From a virus (taxonomy: Duplodnaviria; Heunggongvirae; Uroviricota; Caudoviricetes): DNA of 17,265 nt. Shown here piece by piece: positions 1 to 8,349 of this stretch; position 1 is the first letter of the stretch, and each line of letters opens with the position of its first letter. The notes beneath the pieces are model-generated. The model was not told the origin of the DNA, made no database searches, and saw only the letters and a program-made list of their open reading frames with translations. A program made the translations under genes and the position numbers. The stretch covers positions 1 through 17,265 of the IMG/VR virus record IMGVR_UViG_3300045988_092498. The stretch is one strand, 5' to 3'.

Positions 1-1
1 A

Positions 2-769
2 TGCGACCAGATTAACTTCGATTTTTATATCCGCTACAAAACGCTGGACCTGTGGGCGCGTTATCAGGATTTCCAGCTCCGTATCCGTAACGCCATTATC
101 AAACGCCAGTCCCTTGATTTCATCATGGCCGGTTTTAACGGCGTGAAGCGTGCCGAAACCTCTGACCGCAGCAGCAATCCGATGCTGCAGGATGTGGCGG
201 TCGGCTGGCTGCAGAAATACCGCAATGAAGCCCCGGCGCGCGTGATGAGCAAGGTCACTGACGAGGAAGGGCACACCACCTCTGAGGTCATCCGCGTGGG
301 CAAGGGCGGTGATTATGCCAGCCTTGACGCACTGGTGATGGATGCGACCAACAACCTGATTGAGCCGTGGTATCAGGAAGACCCTGACCTTGTGGTGATT
401 GTGGGTCGCCAGCTACTGGCGGACAAGTATTTCCCCATCGTCAACAGGGAGCAGGACAACAGCGAAATGCTGGCCGCTGACGTCATCATCAGCCAGAAAC
501 GCATCGGTAACCTGCCGGCGGTGCGCGTCCCGTACTTCCCGGCGGATGCGATGCTCATCACGAAGCTGGAAAACCTGTCCATCTACTACATGGATGACAG
601 CCATCGCCGCGTGATTGTGGAAAACCCGAAACTCGACCGCGTGGAGAACTACGAGTCAATGAACATTGATTACGTGGTGGAAGACTACGCCGCCGGTTGT
701 CTGGTGGAAAAAATTAAGGTCGGTGATTTCTCCACACCGGCTAAGGCGACCGCAGAGCCGGGAGCGTAA
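2..769 (+). CDS. N: Major capsid protein, C-terminal part (5' end lies outside the window)
   Basis: The reading frame is open from position 2 with no upstream stop, so the listed ORF 125..769 is only the part after an internal Met. The sequence matches my recollection of P2 gpN C-terminus and the gene sits directly upstream of the M homolog, as in P2. Not search-verified. Confidence 0.85.
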   Translation, partial: CDQINFDFYIRYKTLDLWARYQDFQLRIRNAIIKRQSLDFIMAGFNGVKRAETSDRSSNPMLQDVAVGWLQKYRNEAPARVMSKVTDEEGHTTSEVIRVGKGGDYASLDALVMDATNNLIEPWYQEDPDLVVIVGRQLLADKYFPIVNREQDNSEMLAADVIISQKRIGNLPAVRVPYFPADAMLITKLENLSIYYMDDSHRRVIVENPKLDRVENYESMNIDYVVEDYAAGCLVEKIKVGDFSTPAKATAEPGA

Positions 770-772
770 CCG

Positions 773-1516
773 ATGACGAGTCCCGCACAGCGCCACATGA
801 TGCGGGTCTCGGCAGCGATGACCGCGCAGCGGGAAGCCGCCCCGCTGCGACATGCAACTGTCTATGAGCAGATGCTGGTTAAGCTCGCCGCAGACCAGCG
901 CACACTGAAAGCGATTTATTCAAAAGAGCTGAAGGCCGCGAAAAAACGCGAACTGCTGCCGTTCTGGTTGCCGTGGGTGAACGGCGTGCTGGAGCAGGGC
1001 AAAGGTGCACAGGATGACATTCTGATGACGGTAATGCTGTGGCGTCTGGATACCGGCGATATTGCCGGTGCGCTGGAGATTGCCCGTTATGCCCTGAAGT
1101 ACGGTCTGACCATGCCGGGTAAACACCGCCGCACCCCGCCGTACATGTTCACCGAGGAGGTGGCGCTTGCGGCCATGCGTGCCCACGCTGCCGGTGAGTC
1201 TGTGGATACCCGCCTGCTGACGGACACCCTTGAACTGACCGCCACGGCTGACATGCCTGATGAAGTGCGCGCAAAGCTGCACAAAATCACCGGTCTGTTT
1301 CTGCGTGACGGTGGTGATGCCGCCGGTGCGCTGGCGCACCTGCAACGTGCGACACAGCTCGACTGTCAGGCAGGCGTCAAAAAAGAGATTGAACGACTGG
1401 AGCGGGAGCTGAAACCGAAGCCGGAGCCGCAGCCCAAAGCGTCCCCCCGCGCCCCGCGTAAGACCCGGAGCGTGACACCGGCAAAACGTGGACGCCCGAA
1501 AAAGAAAGCCAGTTAA
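773..1516 (+). CDS. M: Terminase small (endonuclease) subunit
   Basis: 247-aa ORF, the same length as P2 gpM, starting 4 nt after the N stop. Basic Lys/Arg/Pro-rich C-terminal tail. Synteny N-M-L. Confidence 0.85.
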   Translation: MTSPAQRHMMRVSAAMTAQREAAPLRHATVYEQMLVKLAADQRTLKAIYSKELKAAKKRELLPFWLPWVNGVLEQGKGAQDDILMTVMLWRLDTGDIAGALEIARYALKYGLTMPGKHRRTPPYMFTEEVALAAMRAHAAGESVDTRLLTDTLELTATADMPDEVRAKLHKITGLFLRDGGDAAGALAHLQRATQLDCQAGVKKEIERLERELKPKPEPQPKASPRAPRKTRSVTPAKRGRPKKKAS

Positions 1517-1615
1517 CAACCGAATGCGCCCCGCGCCAGGGCGGCACGCCGGTCAGTGAGGGTGAATCACCTGACACTGCACCGGCGTCCACCGCCCGAC
1601 TTTTCAGAGGTAGTC

Positions 1616-2125
1616 ATGATGACGCTGATTATTCCGCGAAAGGAGGCTCCCGTGTCCGGTGAGGGTACGGTGGTCATCCCGCAACCGGCAGGCGACGAGC
1701 CGGTGATTAAAAACACGTTCTTTTTTCCCGATATCGACCCGAAGCACGTCCGGGAACGTATGCGCCTTGAGCAGACCGTCGCCCCCGCCCGTCTGCGTGA
1801 GGCCATCAAGTCAGGCATGGCGGAAACAAATGCGGAGCTGTACGAGTACCGCGAACAGAAAATTGCCGCCGGTTTTACGCGTCTGGCGGACGTTCCGGCG
1901 GACGACATCGACGGTGAAAGCATCAAAGTTTTTTACTACGAGCGCGCCGTGTGTGCGATGGCGACCGCATCGCTTTATGAGCGTTATCGCGGCGTGGATG
2001 CCAGTGCGAAAGGCGACAAAAAGGCCGACAGCATAGACAGCACCATTGATGAGCTGTGGCGGGATATGCGCTGGGCGGTGGCGCGTATCCAGGACAAGCC
2101 GCGCTGCATCGTGAGTCAAATCTGA
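1616..2125 (+). CDS. L: Head completion/stabilization protein
   Basis: The ORF track starts at GTG 1556, but the ATG at 1616 gives a 169-aa product (MMTLIIPRKEAP...) matching P2 gpL length and remembered N-terminus. The stop overlaps the X start (ATGA at 2123-2127). Confidence 0.8.
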   Translation: MMTLIIPRKEAPVSGEGTVVIPQPAGDEPVIKNTFFFPDIDPKHVRERMRLEQTVAPARLREAIKSGMAETNAELYEYREQKIAAGFTRLADVPADDIDGESIKVFYYERAVCAMATASLYERYRGVDASAKGDKKADSIDSTIDELWRDMRWAVARIQDKPRCIVSQI

Positions 2126-2328
2126 TGAAGACTTTTGCGCTACAGGGCGACACGCTTGACGCCATTTGTGTCCGGTATTACGGGCGCACTGAGGGCGTGG
2201 TCGAGGCCGTGCTCGCCGCAAATCCGGGACTGGCTGAACTGGGTGCGGTGCTGCCACATGGCACCGCCGTCGAACTGCCCGACGTTCAGACCGCGCCCGT
2301 GGCTGAAACTGTCAATCTGTGGGAGTAA
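2125..2328 (+). CDS. X: Small tail protein X
   Basis: Internal ATG at 2125 within ORF 2056..2328 gives a 67-aa product (MKTFALQGDTLDAICVRYYG...), the P2 gpX length. Translationally coupled to L. Confidence 0.75.
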   Translation: MKTFALQGDTLDAICVRYYGRTEGVVEAVLAANPGLAELGAVLPHGTAVELPDVQTAPVAETVNLWE

Positions 2329-2331
2329 CGC

Positions 2332-2613
2332 ATGACAGCAGAAGAAAAAAGCGTCCTGTCGCTTTTCATGATTGGGGTGCTGATTGTTGTCGGCAAGGTG
2401 CTTGCCGGTGGTGAACCCATCACCCCGCGTCTGTTTATCGGGCGCATGTTGCTCGGTGGTTTTGTCTCGATGGTTGCCGGTGTTGTTCTGGTGCAGTTTC
2501 CTGACCTGTCACTGCCTGCGGTGTGCGGCATCGGCTCCATGCTGGGTATCGTCGGTTATCAGGTGATTGAGATTGCCATTCAGCGCCGCTTTAAGGGCAG
2601 GGGGAAACCGTAA
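2332..2613 (+). CDS. Y: Holin
   Basis: 93-aa ORF with two or three hydrophobic helices and a charged C-terminus (RRFKGRGKP). Position immediately upstream of the endolysin; same length as P2 gpY. Confidence 0.8.
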   Translation: MTAEEKSVLSLFMIGVLIVVGKVLAGGEPITPRLFIGRMLLGGFVSMVAGVVLVQFPDLSLPAVCGIGSMLGIVGYQVIEIAIQRRFKGRGKP

Positions 2614-3110
2614 TGCCGGTAATTAACACGCATCAGAATATCGCCGCCTTTCTCGACATGCTGGCGGTATCCGAAGGGACGGCGAATCATCCGCTGACGA
2701 AAAACCGGGGCTATGACGTGATAGTCACCGGACTGGACGGGAAGCCGGAAATTTTCACCGACTACAGTGACCACCCGTTCGCGCATGGCCGACCGGCGAA
2801 GGTGTTTAACCGTCGCGGTGAAAAATCCACGGCCTCCGGTCGCTATCAGCAGCTTTACCTGTTCTGGCCGCATTACCGCAAACAGCTTGCCCTGCCGGAT
2901 TTCAGTCCGCTGTCACAGGACAGACTTGCCATTCAGTTGATCCGCGAACGCGGTGCACTGGATGACATCCGGGCGGGACGCATTGAGCGCGCCATTTCAC
3001 GCTGCCGCAATATCTGGGCGTCCCTGCCGGGTGCCGGTTACGGTCAGCGTGAGCATTCACTGGAAAAACTGGTCACCGTCTGGCGTACCGCTGGCGGCGT
3101 ACCGGCTTAA
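2613..3110 (+). CDS. K: Endolysin (lysozyme-type)
   Basis: 165-aa ORF, same length as P2 gpK, with TAATG stop/start overlap with Y and a GGGGGAAA Shine-Dalgarno. Follows the holin as expected. Confidence 0.85.
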   Translation: MPVINTHQNIAAFLDMLAVSEGTANHPLTKNRGYDVIVTGLDGKPEIFTDYSDHPFAHGRPAKVFNRRGEKSTASGRYQQLYLFWPHYRKQLALPDFSPLSQDRLAIQLIRERGALDDIRAGRIERAISRCRNIWASLPGAGYGQREHSLEKLVTVWRTAGGVPA

Positions 3111-3124
3111 ACGGAGTAAACACC

Positions 3125-3550
3125 ATGAAGAAATTATCCCTTTCACTGATGCTGAACGTGTCGCTGGCGCTGATGCTGGCACTGTCCCTGATTTACCCGC
3201 AGAGCTTGGCCGTCAGTTTTGTCGCCGACTGGGCGATTCTGGCGACAGTTATCTGTGTGGTTGCCGGTGGTGTCGGCGTGTATGCCACTGAGTATGTACT
3301 GGAGCGTTACGGGCGGGAGCTGCCGCCGGAATCGCTGGACGTGCAGATTGTCACGTCGCTGTTTTTGCAGCCGGTGCCGTGGCGCAGACGGGCGGCGGCT
3401 CTGGTGGTGATGGTGGCGACATTTATCTCGCTGGTCGCCGCCGGGTGGATTTTTACCGCGCTGATTTATCTCGTGGCATCGGTGTTCTTCCGGCTGATAC
3501 GTACGGCCTGCCGTCAGCGTTTTGAGGGGCGGGAACTATGTCAAGGCTGA
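3125..3550 (+). CDS. lysA: Lysis accessory membrane protein LysA
   Basis: 141-aa ORF with four predicted hydrophobic helices, located between endolysin and the spanin genes, same length as P2 LysA. Confidence 0.7.
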   Translation: MKKLSLSLMLNVSLALMLALSLIYPQSLAVSFVADWAILATVICVVAGGVGVYATEYVLERYGRELPPESLDVQIVTSLFLQPVPWRRRAAALVVMVATFISLVAAGWIFTALIYLVASVFFRLIRTACRQRFEGRELCQG

Positions 3551-3981
3551 TGATTGTGCTGGTCGTGTTGTTATCGCTGGCGGTGGCCGGTCTGTTTCTG
3601 GTGAAGCATGAAAACGCCAGCCTGCGCGCCTCGCTGGACAGGGTGAACAACGTCGCCAGTGAACAGCAGACGACCATCACTATGCTGAAAAATCAGCTTC
3701 ATGTTGCCCTCACCAGGGCAGACAAAAACGAGCTGGCGCAGGTGGCACTGCGTCAGGAACTGGAGAACGCCGCGAAGCGTGAAGCACAGCGCGAGAAAAC
3801 CATCACGAGGTTACTTAATGAAAACGAAGATTTTCGCCGCTGGTACGGCGCTGACCTGCCTGATGCTGTGCGCCGGTTGCACCAGCGCCCCGCCTGCACC
3901 GATGCCAGTGATTGTCCACAACGCCTGCCCGAAAGTGAGTCTTTGCCCGATGCCGGGCAGCGACCCGGAGACGAACGGTGA
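3538..3981 (+). CDS. lysB: Inner-membrane spanin (Rz-like) LysB
   Basis: 147-aa ORF with an N-terminal transmembrane helix (LMIVLVVLLSLAVAGLFLV) followed by a charged, coiled-coil-like periplasmic part. Overlaps the lysA end. Confidence 0.75.
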   Translation: MSRLMIVLVVLLSLAVAGLFLVKHENASLRASLDRVNNVASEQQTTITMLKNQLHVALTRADKNELAQVALRQELENAAKREAQREKTITRLLNENEDFRRWYGADLPDAVRRLHQRPACTDASDCPQRLPESESLPDAGQRPGDER

Positions 3982-4108
3982 TTTAAGTGCCGATATCCGG
4001 CAGCTTGAGAACGCGCTGGCGCGCTGTGCCAGCCAGGTAAAAATGATTAAACACTGTCAGGACGAAAACGATGCTCAAACCCGACAGCCTGCGCAGGGCG
4101 CTGACTGA
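3818..4108 (+). CDS. lysC: Outer-membrane lipoprotein spanin (Rz1-like) LysC, overlapping lysB in another frame
   Basis: ATG at 3818 inside the longer ORF 3701..4108 gives a 96-aa product, MKTKIFAAGTALTCLMLCAGC..., with a signal peptide and lipobox-like LCAGC. It begins inside lysB in a different frame and runs past its stop, then overlaps the R start. Confidence 0.7.
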   Translation: MKTKIFAAGTALTCLMLCAGCTSAPPAPMPVIVHNACPKVSLCPMPGSDPETNGDLSADIRQLENALARCASQVKMIKHCQDENDAQTRQPAQGAD

Positions 4109-4538
4109 TGCCGTCACGGTGCTGAAAACTAACCCCGATATGCTGCGGATATTCGTGGATAACGGGAGTATTGCCTCCACACTGGCGACGTCGCTGTCAT
4201 TCGAAAAGCGTTACACGCTCAACGTGATTGTGACCGACTTTACCGGTGATTTTGACCTGCTCATCGTGCCGGTGCTGGCGTGGCTGCGGGAAAATCAGCC
4301 AGACATCATGACCACCGACGCAGGCCAGAAAAAGGGCTTCACGTTTTATGCAGACATCAACAATGACAGCAGCTTTGATATCAGCATCAGTCTGATGCTG
4401 ACCGAGCGCACGCTGGTCAGTGAGGTGGACGGCGCACTGCATGTGAAGAATGTCCCGGAACCTCCGCCGCCGGAGCCGGTCACCCGCCCGGTGGAGCTTT
4501 ATATCAATGGTGAACTGGTGAGCAAGTGGGATGAATGA
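4071..4538 (+). CDS. R: Tail completion protein R
   Basis: 155-aa ORF, P2 gpR length, in the expected position after the lysis cassette. Confidence 0.8.
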   Translation: MLKPDSLRRALTDAVTVLKTNPDMLRIFVDNGSIASTLATSLSFEKRYTLNVIVTDFTGDFDLLIVPVLAWLRENQPDIMTTDAGQKKGFTFYADINNDSSFDISISLMLTERTLVSEVDGALHVKNVPEPPPPEPVTRPVELYINGELVSKWDE

Positions 4539-4983
4539 GTTTAAGCGTTTTGAAGACCGGCTGGCCGGACTGACTGAATCGCTGTCACCGTCAGGGCGTC
4601 GGCGACTGAGTGCCGAACTGGCGAAACGTCTGCGGCAGAGTCAGCAGCGTCGGGTGATGGCACAGAAAGCCCCGGACGGCACACCCTACGTGCCACGCCA
4701 GCAGCAGAGCGCCAGAAAAAAGACCGGTCGCGTTAAGCGAAAAATGTTTGCGAAACTTATCACCAGTCGTTTTTTGCATATCCGCGCCAGCCCGGAACAG
4801 GCATCAATGGAGTTTTACGGCGGGAAGTCACCGAAAATCGCCAGTGTGCATCAGTTCGGTCTGTCGGAAGAAAACCGGAAAGACGGTAAGAAAATTGATT
4901 ATCCGGCGCGTCCTCTGCTCGGCTTTACCGGTGAGGATGTGCAGATGATTGAAGAGATTATCCTGGCTCACCTTGAGCGTTAG
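4531..4983 (+). CDS. S: Tail completion protein S
   Basis: 150-aa ORF, P2 gpS length, overlapping the R stop by 8 nt (translational coupling). Confidence 0.8.
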   Translation: MNEFKRFEDRLAGLTESLSPSGRRRLSAELAKRLRQSQQRRVMAQKAPDGTPYVPRQQQSARKKTGRVKRKMFAKLITSRFLHIRASPEQASMEFYGGKSPKIASVHQFGLSEENRKDGKKIDYPARPLLGFTGEDVQMIEEIILAHLER

Positions 4984-5013
4984 TTTTATCCAGGCAGAGG
5001 CTGATGCGCAATT

Positions 5014-5048
5014 AAACATTGAGCGGCCGTGCTGGTCGCTCAATGTTT
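5014..5048. terminator. Perfect 12-bp inverted repeat (aaacattgagcg / cgctcaatgttt) with an 11-nt loop, between convergent genes; putative terminator
   Basis: Read directly from the sequence. Lies 30 nt after the S stop (+) and 7 nt after the stop of the reverse-strand cargo gene. A T-run (ggtttttattt) occurs about 15 nt downstream on the + strand, not immediately adjacent. Confidence 0.4.
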
Positions 5049-5054
5049 AGAGGT

Positions 5055-5840
5055 TTATGAGTGGTTTTTATTTGATGCTTTGTATTCTAAAACCTTCTTA
5101 TTGGCGTAAAGGAATTTTGCATATGACAGGAATATAAGCAGACCTGAAATGAAATAAGTTAGGGATATTATTAATAATGTTTTTCTGTGGCTGTTATTAT
5201 CTTTAATCTCCTGACTTAACCATTCGGAGTCCTCCTCGTTTAGCTGTAAGAGCTTATTGCAGGCGATCTCAGGAAGTGTGTCTTTTATAAATACGTTTTG
5301 CAGACTCTTGCAATCGGCAAGGCTATAAGTTTTATTAAATTCAACTGTTTTATTTTTGAAGGATAAAAGAACTTTGTCACTATAAACATAGTACATCATA
5401 TTTTTATATGGTATACCTATGGCATCCCTTACTATAGCGGATTGTTCATTGTGTATGTAACATGCGAAGATAATATAAAGAATTCCGGCCAGGACTGCAC
5501 TCATTGTTTTTGTGATGCATAGCGGTTCTGTTATGTCTCCCCAGAAGCGAGTAAGGAAAAAATCCGATGTTTTTAGTTTTCCATCAATCAGCCCCTGCTG
5601 TATCATTCTCACATCTTCGATGCCTGATACATTGATTCCGTTAAGTGTTTTAAATAGTTGAATGTCGCGCCACTCGCGGTCCAGTCTTTTTAATTTTTTG
5701 TCTGAATATCCAAATTTGAAATAATGTGCAATAAGCCTCATAAGGTTACTTTTACCAAAGCTAAAAAATGCTAATACTGCAAAGACCAAAAGATACAAAA
5801 CGATTAGCTCCCACACATTAGTCACATTATAGCTGACCAT
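5055..5840 (-). CDS. Hypothetical membrane protein, three predicted TM helices; AT-rich cargo gene at the S/V junction (P2 orf30 position)
   Basis: 261-aa reverse-strand ORF, ATG at 5838-5840 preceded by AAGGAGA with a 5-nt spacer. Markedly AT-rich relative to flanking genes. Hydrophobic segments WELIVLYLLVFAVLAFFSF, MSAVLAGILYIIFACYI and TLLIISLTYFISGLLIFLSYA. No recognisable catalytic motif. Confidence 0.65.
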   Translation of the reverse strand: MVSYNVTNVWELIVLYLLVFAVLAFFSFGKSNLMRLIAHYFKFGYSDKKLKRLDREWRDIQLFKTLNGINVSGIEDVRMIQQGLIDGKLKTSDFFLTRFWGDITEPLCITKTMSAVLAGILYIIFACYIHNEQSAIVRDAIGIPYKNMMYYVYSDKVLLSFKNKTVEFNKTYSLADCKSLQNVFIKDTLPEIACNKLLQLNEEDSEWLSQEIKDNNSHRKTLLIISLTYFISGLLIFLSYAKFLYANKKVLEYKASNKNHS

Positions 5841-5855
5841 TACGCTCTCCTTGAA

Positions 5856-5905
5856 TGTTGTCTGGTGGTTCTACAAATGAATCCAGATAGCATAACTTTT
5901 ATATA
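5856..5905 (+). promoter_or_regulatory. Candidate late promoter for the V operon (TGTTGT activator-site-like motif plus TATATT -10-like element)
   Basis: TGTTGTCTGGTGGTTCTACA at 5856-5875, 68 bp upstream of the V start, shares the TGTTGT motif found upstream of FI. P2 late promoters are Ogr-dependent with a TGT-N12-ACA-type element near -55; the match here is partial only. Confidence 0.3.
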
Positions 5906-5923
5906 TTGTGCAATCTCACATGC

Positions 5924-6559
5924 ATGAACACTCTCGCAAATATTCAGGAACTCGCGCGCGCACTGCGCAACATGATCCGCACCGGCATTATCGTCGAAAC
6001 CGACCTTAACGCCGGTCGCTGCCGTGTGCAGACCGGCGGCATGTGCACCGACTGGCTTCAGTGGCTGACCCATCGTGCCGGGCGTTCGCGCACATGGTGG
6101 GCACCTTCCGTGGGGGAACAGGTGCTGATTCTGTCCGTGGGCGGTGAACTCGACACGGCGTTCGTTCTGCCGGGGATTTATTCCGGCGATAACCCTGCGC
6201 CGTCTGCGTCGGCGGATGCCCTGCATATCCGTTTCCCTGACGGGGCGGTGATTGAGTATGAACCCGAAACCAGTGCACTCACGGTAAGCGGAATTAAAAC
6301 GGCCAGCGTGACGGCTTCTGATTCTGTTACTGCCACGGTGCCGGTGGTCATAGTGAAAGCGTCAACCCGCATCACCCTGGACACCCCGGAGGTGGTCTGC
6401 ACCAACAGGCTGATTACCGGCACGCTGGAAGTGCAGAAGGGCGGGACGATGCGCGGCAACATTGAACACACCGGCGGTGAACTCTCATCAAACGGTAAGG
6501 TACTGCATACCCATAAACACCCCGGTGACAGTGGCGGCACAACAGGGGGACCTCTATGA
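5924..6559 (+). CDS. V: Baseplate spike/assembly protein V
   Basis: ATG at 5924 within ORF 5906..6559 gives a 211-aa product (MNTLANIQELARALRNM...), the P2 gpV length. First gene of the baseplate block; stop overlaps the W start (ATGA). Confidence 0.85.
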   Translation: MNTLANIQELARALRNMIRTGIIVETDLNAGRCRVQTGGMCTDWLQWLTHRAGRSRTWWAPSVGEQVLILSVGGELDTAFVLPGIYSGDNPAPSASADALHIRFPDGAVIEYEPETSALTVSGIKTASVTASDSVTATVPVVIVKASTRITLDTPEVVCTNRLITGTLEVQKGGTMRGNIEHTGGELSSNGKVLHTHKHPGDSGGTTGGPL

Positions 6560-6903
6560 CTGCGCGTTATCTCGGAATGAATCGCAGTGATGGCCTGACT
6601 GTCACTGACCTTGAGCATATCAGCCAAAGTATCGGCGATATCCTGCGCACACCGGTCGGCTCGCGGGTGATGCGTCGTGATTACGGCTCGTTGCTGGCGT
6701 CAATGATTGACCAGCCGCAGACCCCGGCGCTTGAGTTGCAGATTAAGGTCGCCTGTTACATGGCGGTGCTGAAATGGGAACCCCGCGTCACCCTGTCATC
6801 CGTCACCACTGAGCGCAGTTTTGACGGGCGAATGACGGTCACGTTAACCGGCCAGCACAACGACACCGGCCAGCCACTTTCGTTAACCATCCCTGTGAGT
6901 TGA
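6556..6903 (+). CDS. W: Baseplate protein W (gp25-like)
   Basis: 115-aa ORF, P2 gpW length, coupled to V, with a GGGGGA Shine-Dalgarno. Confidence 0.85.
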   Translation: MTARYLGMNRSDGLTVTDLEHISQSIGDILRTPVGSRVMRRDYGSLLASMIDQPQTPALELQIKVACYMAVLKWEPRVTLSSVTTERSFDGRMTVTLTGQHNDTGQPLSLTIPVS

Positions 6904-6907
6904 AACC

Positions 6908-7816
6908 ATGCCGATTATCGACCTGAACCAGCTACCCGCACCGGATGTGGTCGAGGAGCTGGACTTTGAAACCATTCTCGCCGAACGCAAGGCGACACTG
7001 ATTTCCCTTTACCCGGAAGACCAGCAGGAGGCGGTCGCCCGTACCCTGACGCTGGAATCCGAGCCTCTCGTCAAATTGCTGGAGGAAAATGCTTATCGTG
7101 AGCTTATCTGGCGTCAGCGTGTGAATGAGGCCGCACGGGCGGTGATGCTGGCCTGTGCCGCGGGTAATGACCTTGATGTGATTGGTGCCAATTACAACAC
7201 CACGCGTCTGACTATCACCCCGGCAGATGATTCGACCATCCCGCCGACACCGGCAGTGATGGAATCTGATACCGATTATCGTCTGCGTATTCAGCAGGCG
7301 TTTGAAGGTTTAAGCGTCGCCGGGTCGGTGGGTGCCTATCAGTATCATGGTCGCAGTGCTGACGGGCGTGTCGCGGATATCTCTGTCACCAGTCCGTCTC
7401 CGGCCTGCGTCACCATCTCTGTGCTGTCACGTGAGAATAACGGTGTCGCATCCGAAGACCTGCTGGCGGTGGTGCGTAACGCCCTTAATGGCGAGGACGT
7501 CAGACCGGTGGCCGACCGCGTGACCGTGCAGTCTGCCGCCATTGTTGAATACCAGATAAACGCCACGCTTTTCCTTTACCCTGGTCCCGAAAGTGAACCC
7601 ATCCGCGCGGCTGCCGTGAAAAAACTGGAAGCATACATCACGGCACAGCACCGGCTGGGGCGCGACATCCGTTTGTCTGCCATTTATGCCGCTTTGCATG
7701 TGGAAGGCGTGCAGCGTGTTGAACTGGCTGCACCGCTGGCCGACATCGTGCTTAACAATACGCAGGCGTCTTTCTGTACCGAATACAGCGTCGTGACCGG
7801 AGGCTCGGATGAGTGA
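6908..7816 (+). CDS. J: Baseplate wedge protein J
   Basis: 302-aa ORF, P2 gpJ length, in the expected position. Confidence 0.85.
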   Translation: MPIIDLNQLPAPDVVEELDFETILAERKATLISLYPEDQQEAVARTLTLESEPLVKLLEENAYRELIWRQRVNEAARAVMLACAAGNDLDVIGANYNTTRLTITPADDSTIPPTPAVMESDTDYRLRIQQAFEGLSVAGSVGAYQYHGRSADGRVADISVTSPSPACVTISVLSRENNGVASEDLLAVVRNALNGEDVRPVADRVTVQSAAIVEYQINATLFLYPGPESEPIRAAAVKKLEAYITAQHRLGRDIRLSAIYAALHVEGVQRVELAAPLADIVLNNTQASFCTEYSVVTGGSDE

Positions 7817-8339
7817 TTCGCGACTGCTGCCGACCGGCTCATCACCGCTTGAGGTCGCCGCCGCAAAAGCCTGTGCGGAAATTGAAAAAACGCCGGTCAG
7901 TATTCGTGAGCTGTGGAACCCAGACACCTGTCCGGCAAATCTGCTGCCGTGGCTGGCGTGGGCGTTTTCGGTCGACAGGTGGGATGAAAAGTGGCCGGAA
8001 GCGACAAAACGCGCCGTTATCCGCGATGCCTATTTCATCCACTGTCATAAGGGCACGATAGGTGCAATCCGGCGTGTGGTGGAGCCGCTCGGCTATCTCA
8101 TCAACGTGACGGAGTGGTGGGAAAACAGTGACCCGCCCGGCACCTTCCGGCTTGATATTGGTGTACTGGAAAGCGGTATCACAGAGGCAATGTATCAGGA
8201 AATGGAACGGCTGATTGCTGATGCCAAACCTGCAAGCCGCCACCTTATTGGCCTGAACATTACCCGGGACATTCCCGGCTATCTGTTCGCCGGTGGTGTG
8301 GCTTATGACGGCGATGTAATTACGGTTTACCCCGGATAA
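7809..8339 (+). CDS. I: Baseplate protein I
   Basis: 176-aa ORF, P2 gpI length, overlapping the J stop by 8 nt. Confidence 0.85.
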   Translation: MSDSRLLPTGSSPLEVAAAKACAEIEKTPVSIRELWNPDTCPANLLPWLAWAFSVDRWDEKWPEATKRAVIRDAYFIHCHKGTIGAIRRVVEPLGYLINVTEWWENSDPPGTFRLDIGVLESGITEAMYQEMERLIADAKPASRHLIGLNITRDIPGYLFAGGVAYDGDVITVYPG

Positions 8340-8349
8340 GTGAGGAATA

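Noticed and set aside
920-1519. 199-aa reverse-strand ORF antisense to M
   Set aside because: Lies entirely antisense to a conserved, well-supported terminase small subunit gene in GC-rich DNA where long spurious antisense ORFs are expected; no ribosome-binding site noted.
3701-3817. N-terminal extension of the lysC ORF from ATG 3701
   Set aside because: The extension is Arg/Trp-rich with no signal peptide. The lipoprotein signal begins at the internal ATG 3818, which gives the expected 96-aa product.
5840-6226. 128-aa reverse-strand ORF overlapping the start of V
   Set aside because: Antisense to the conserved V gene; Arg-rich, low-complexity translation typical of an out-of-frame GC-rich artefact.
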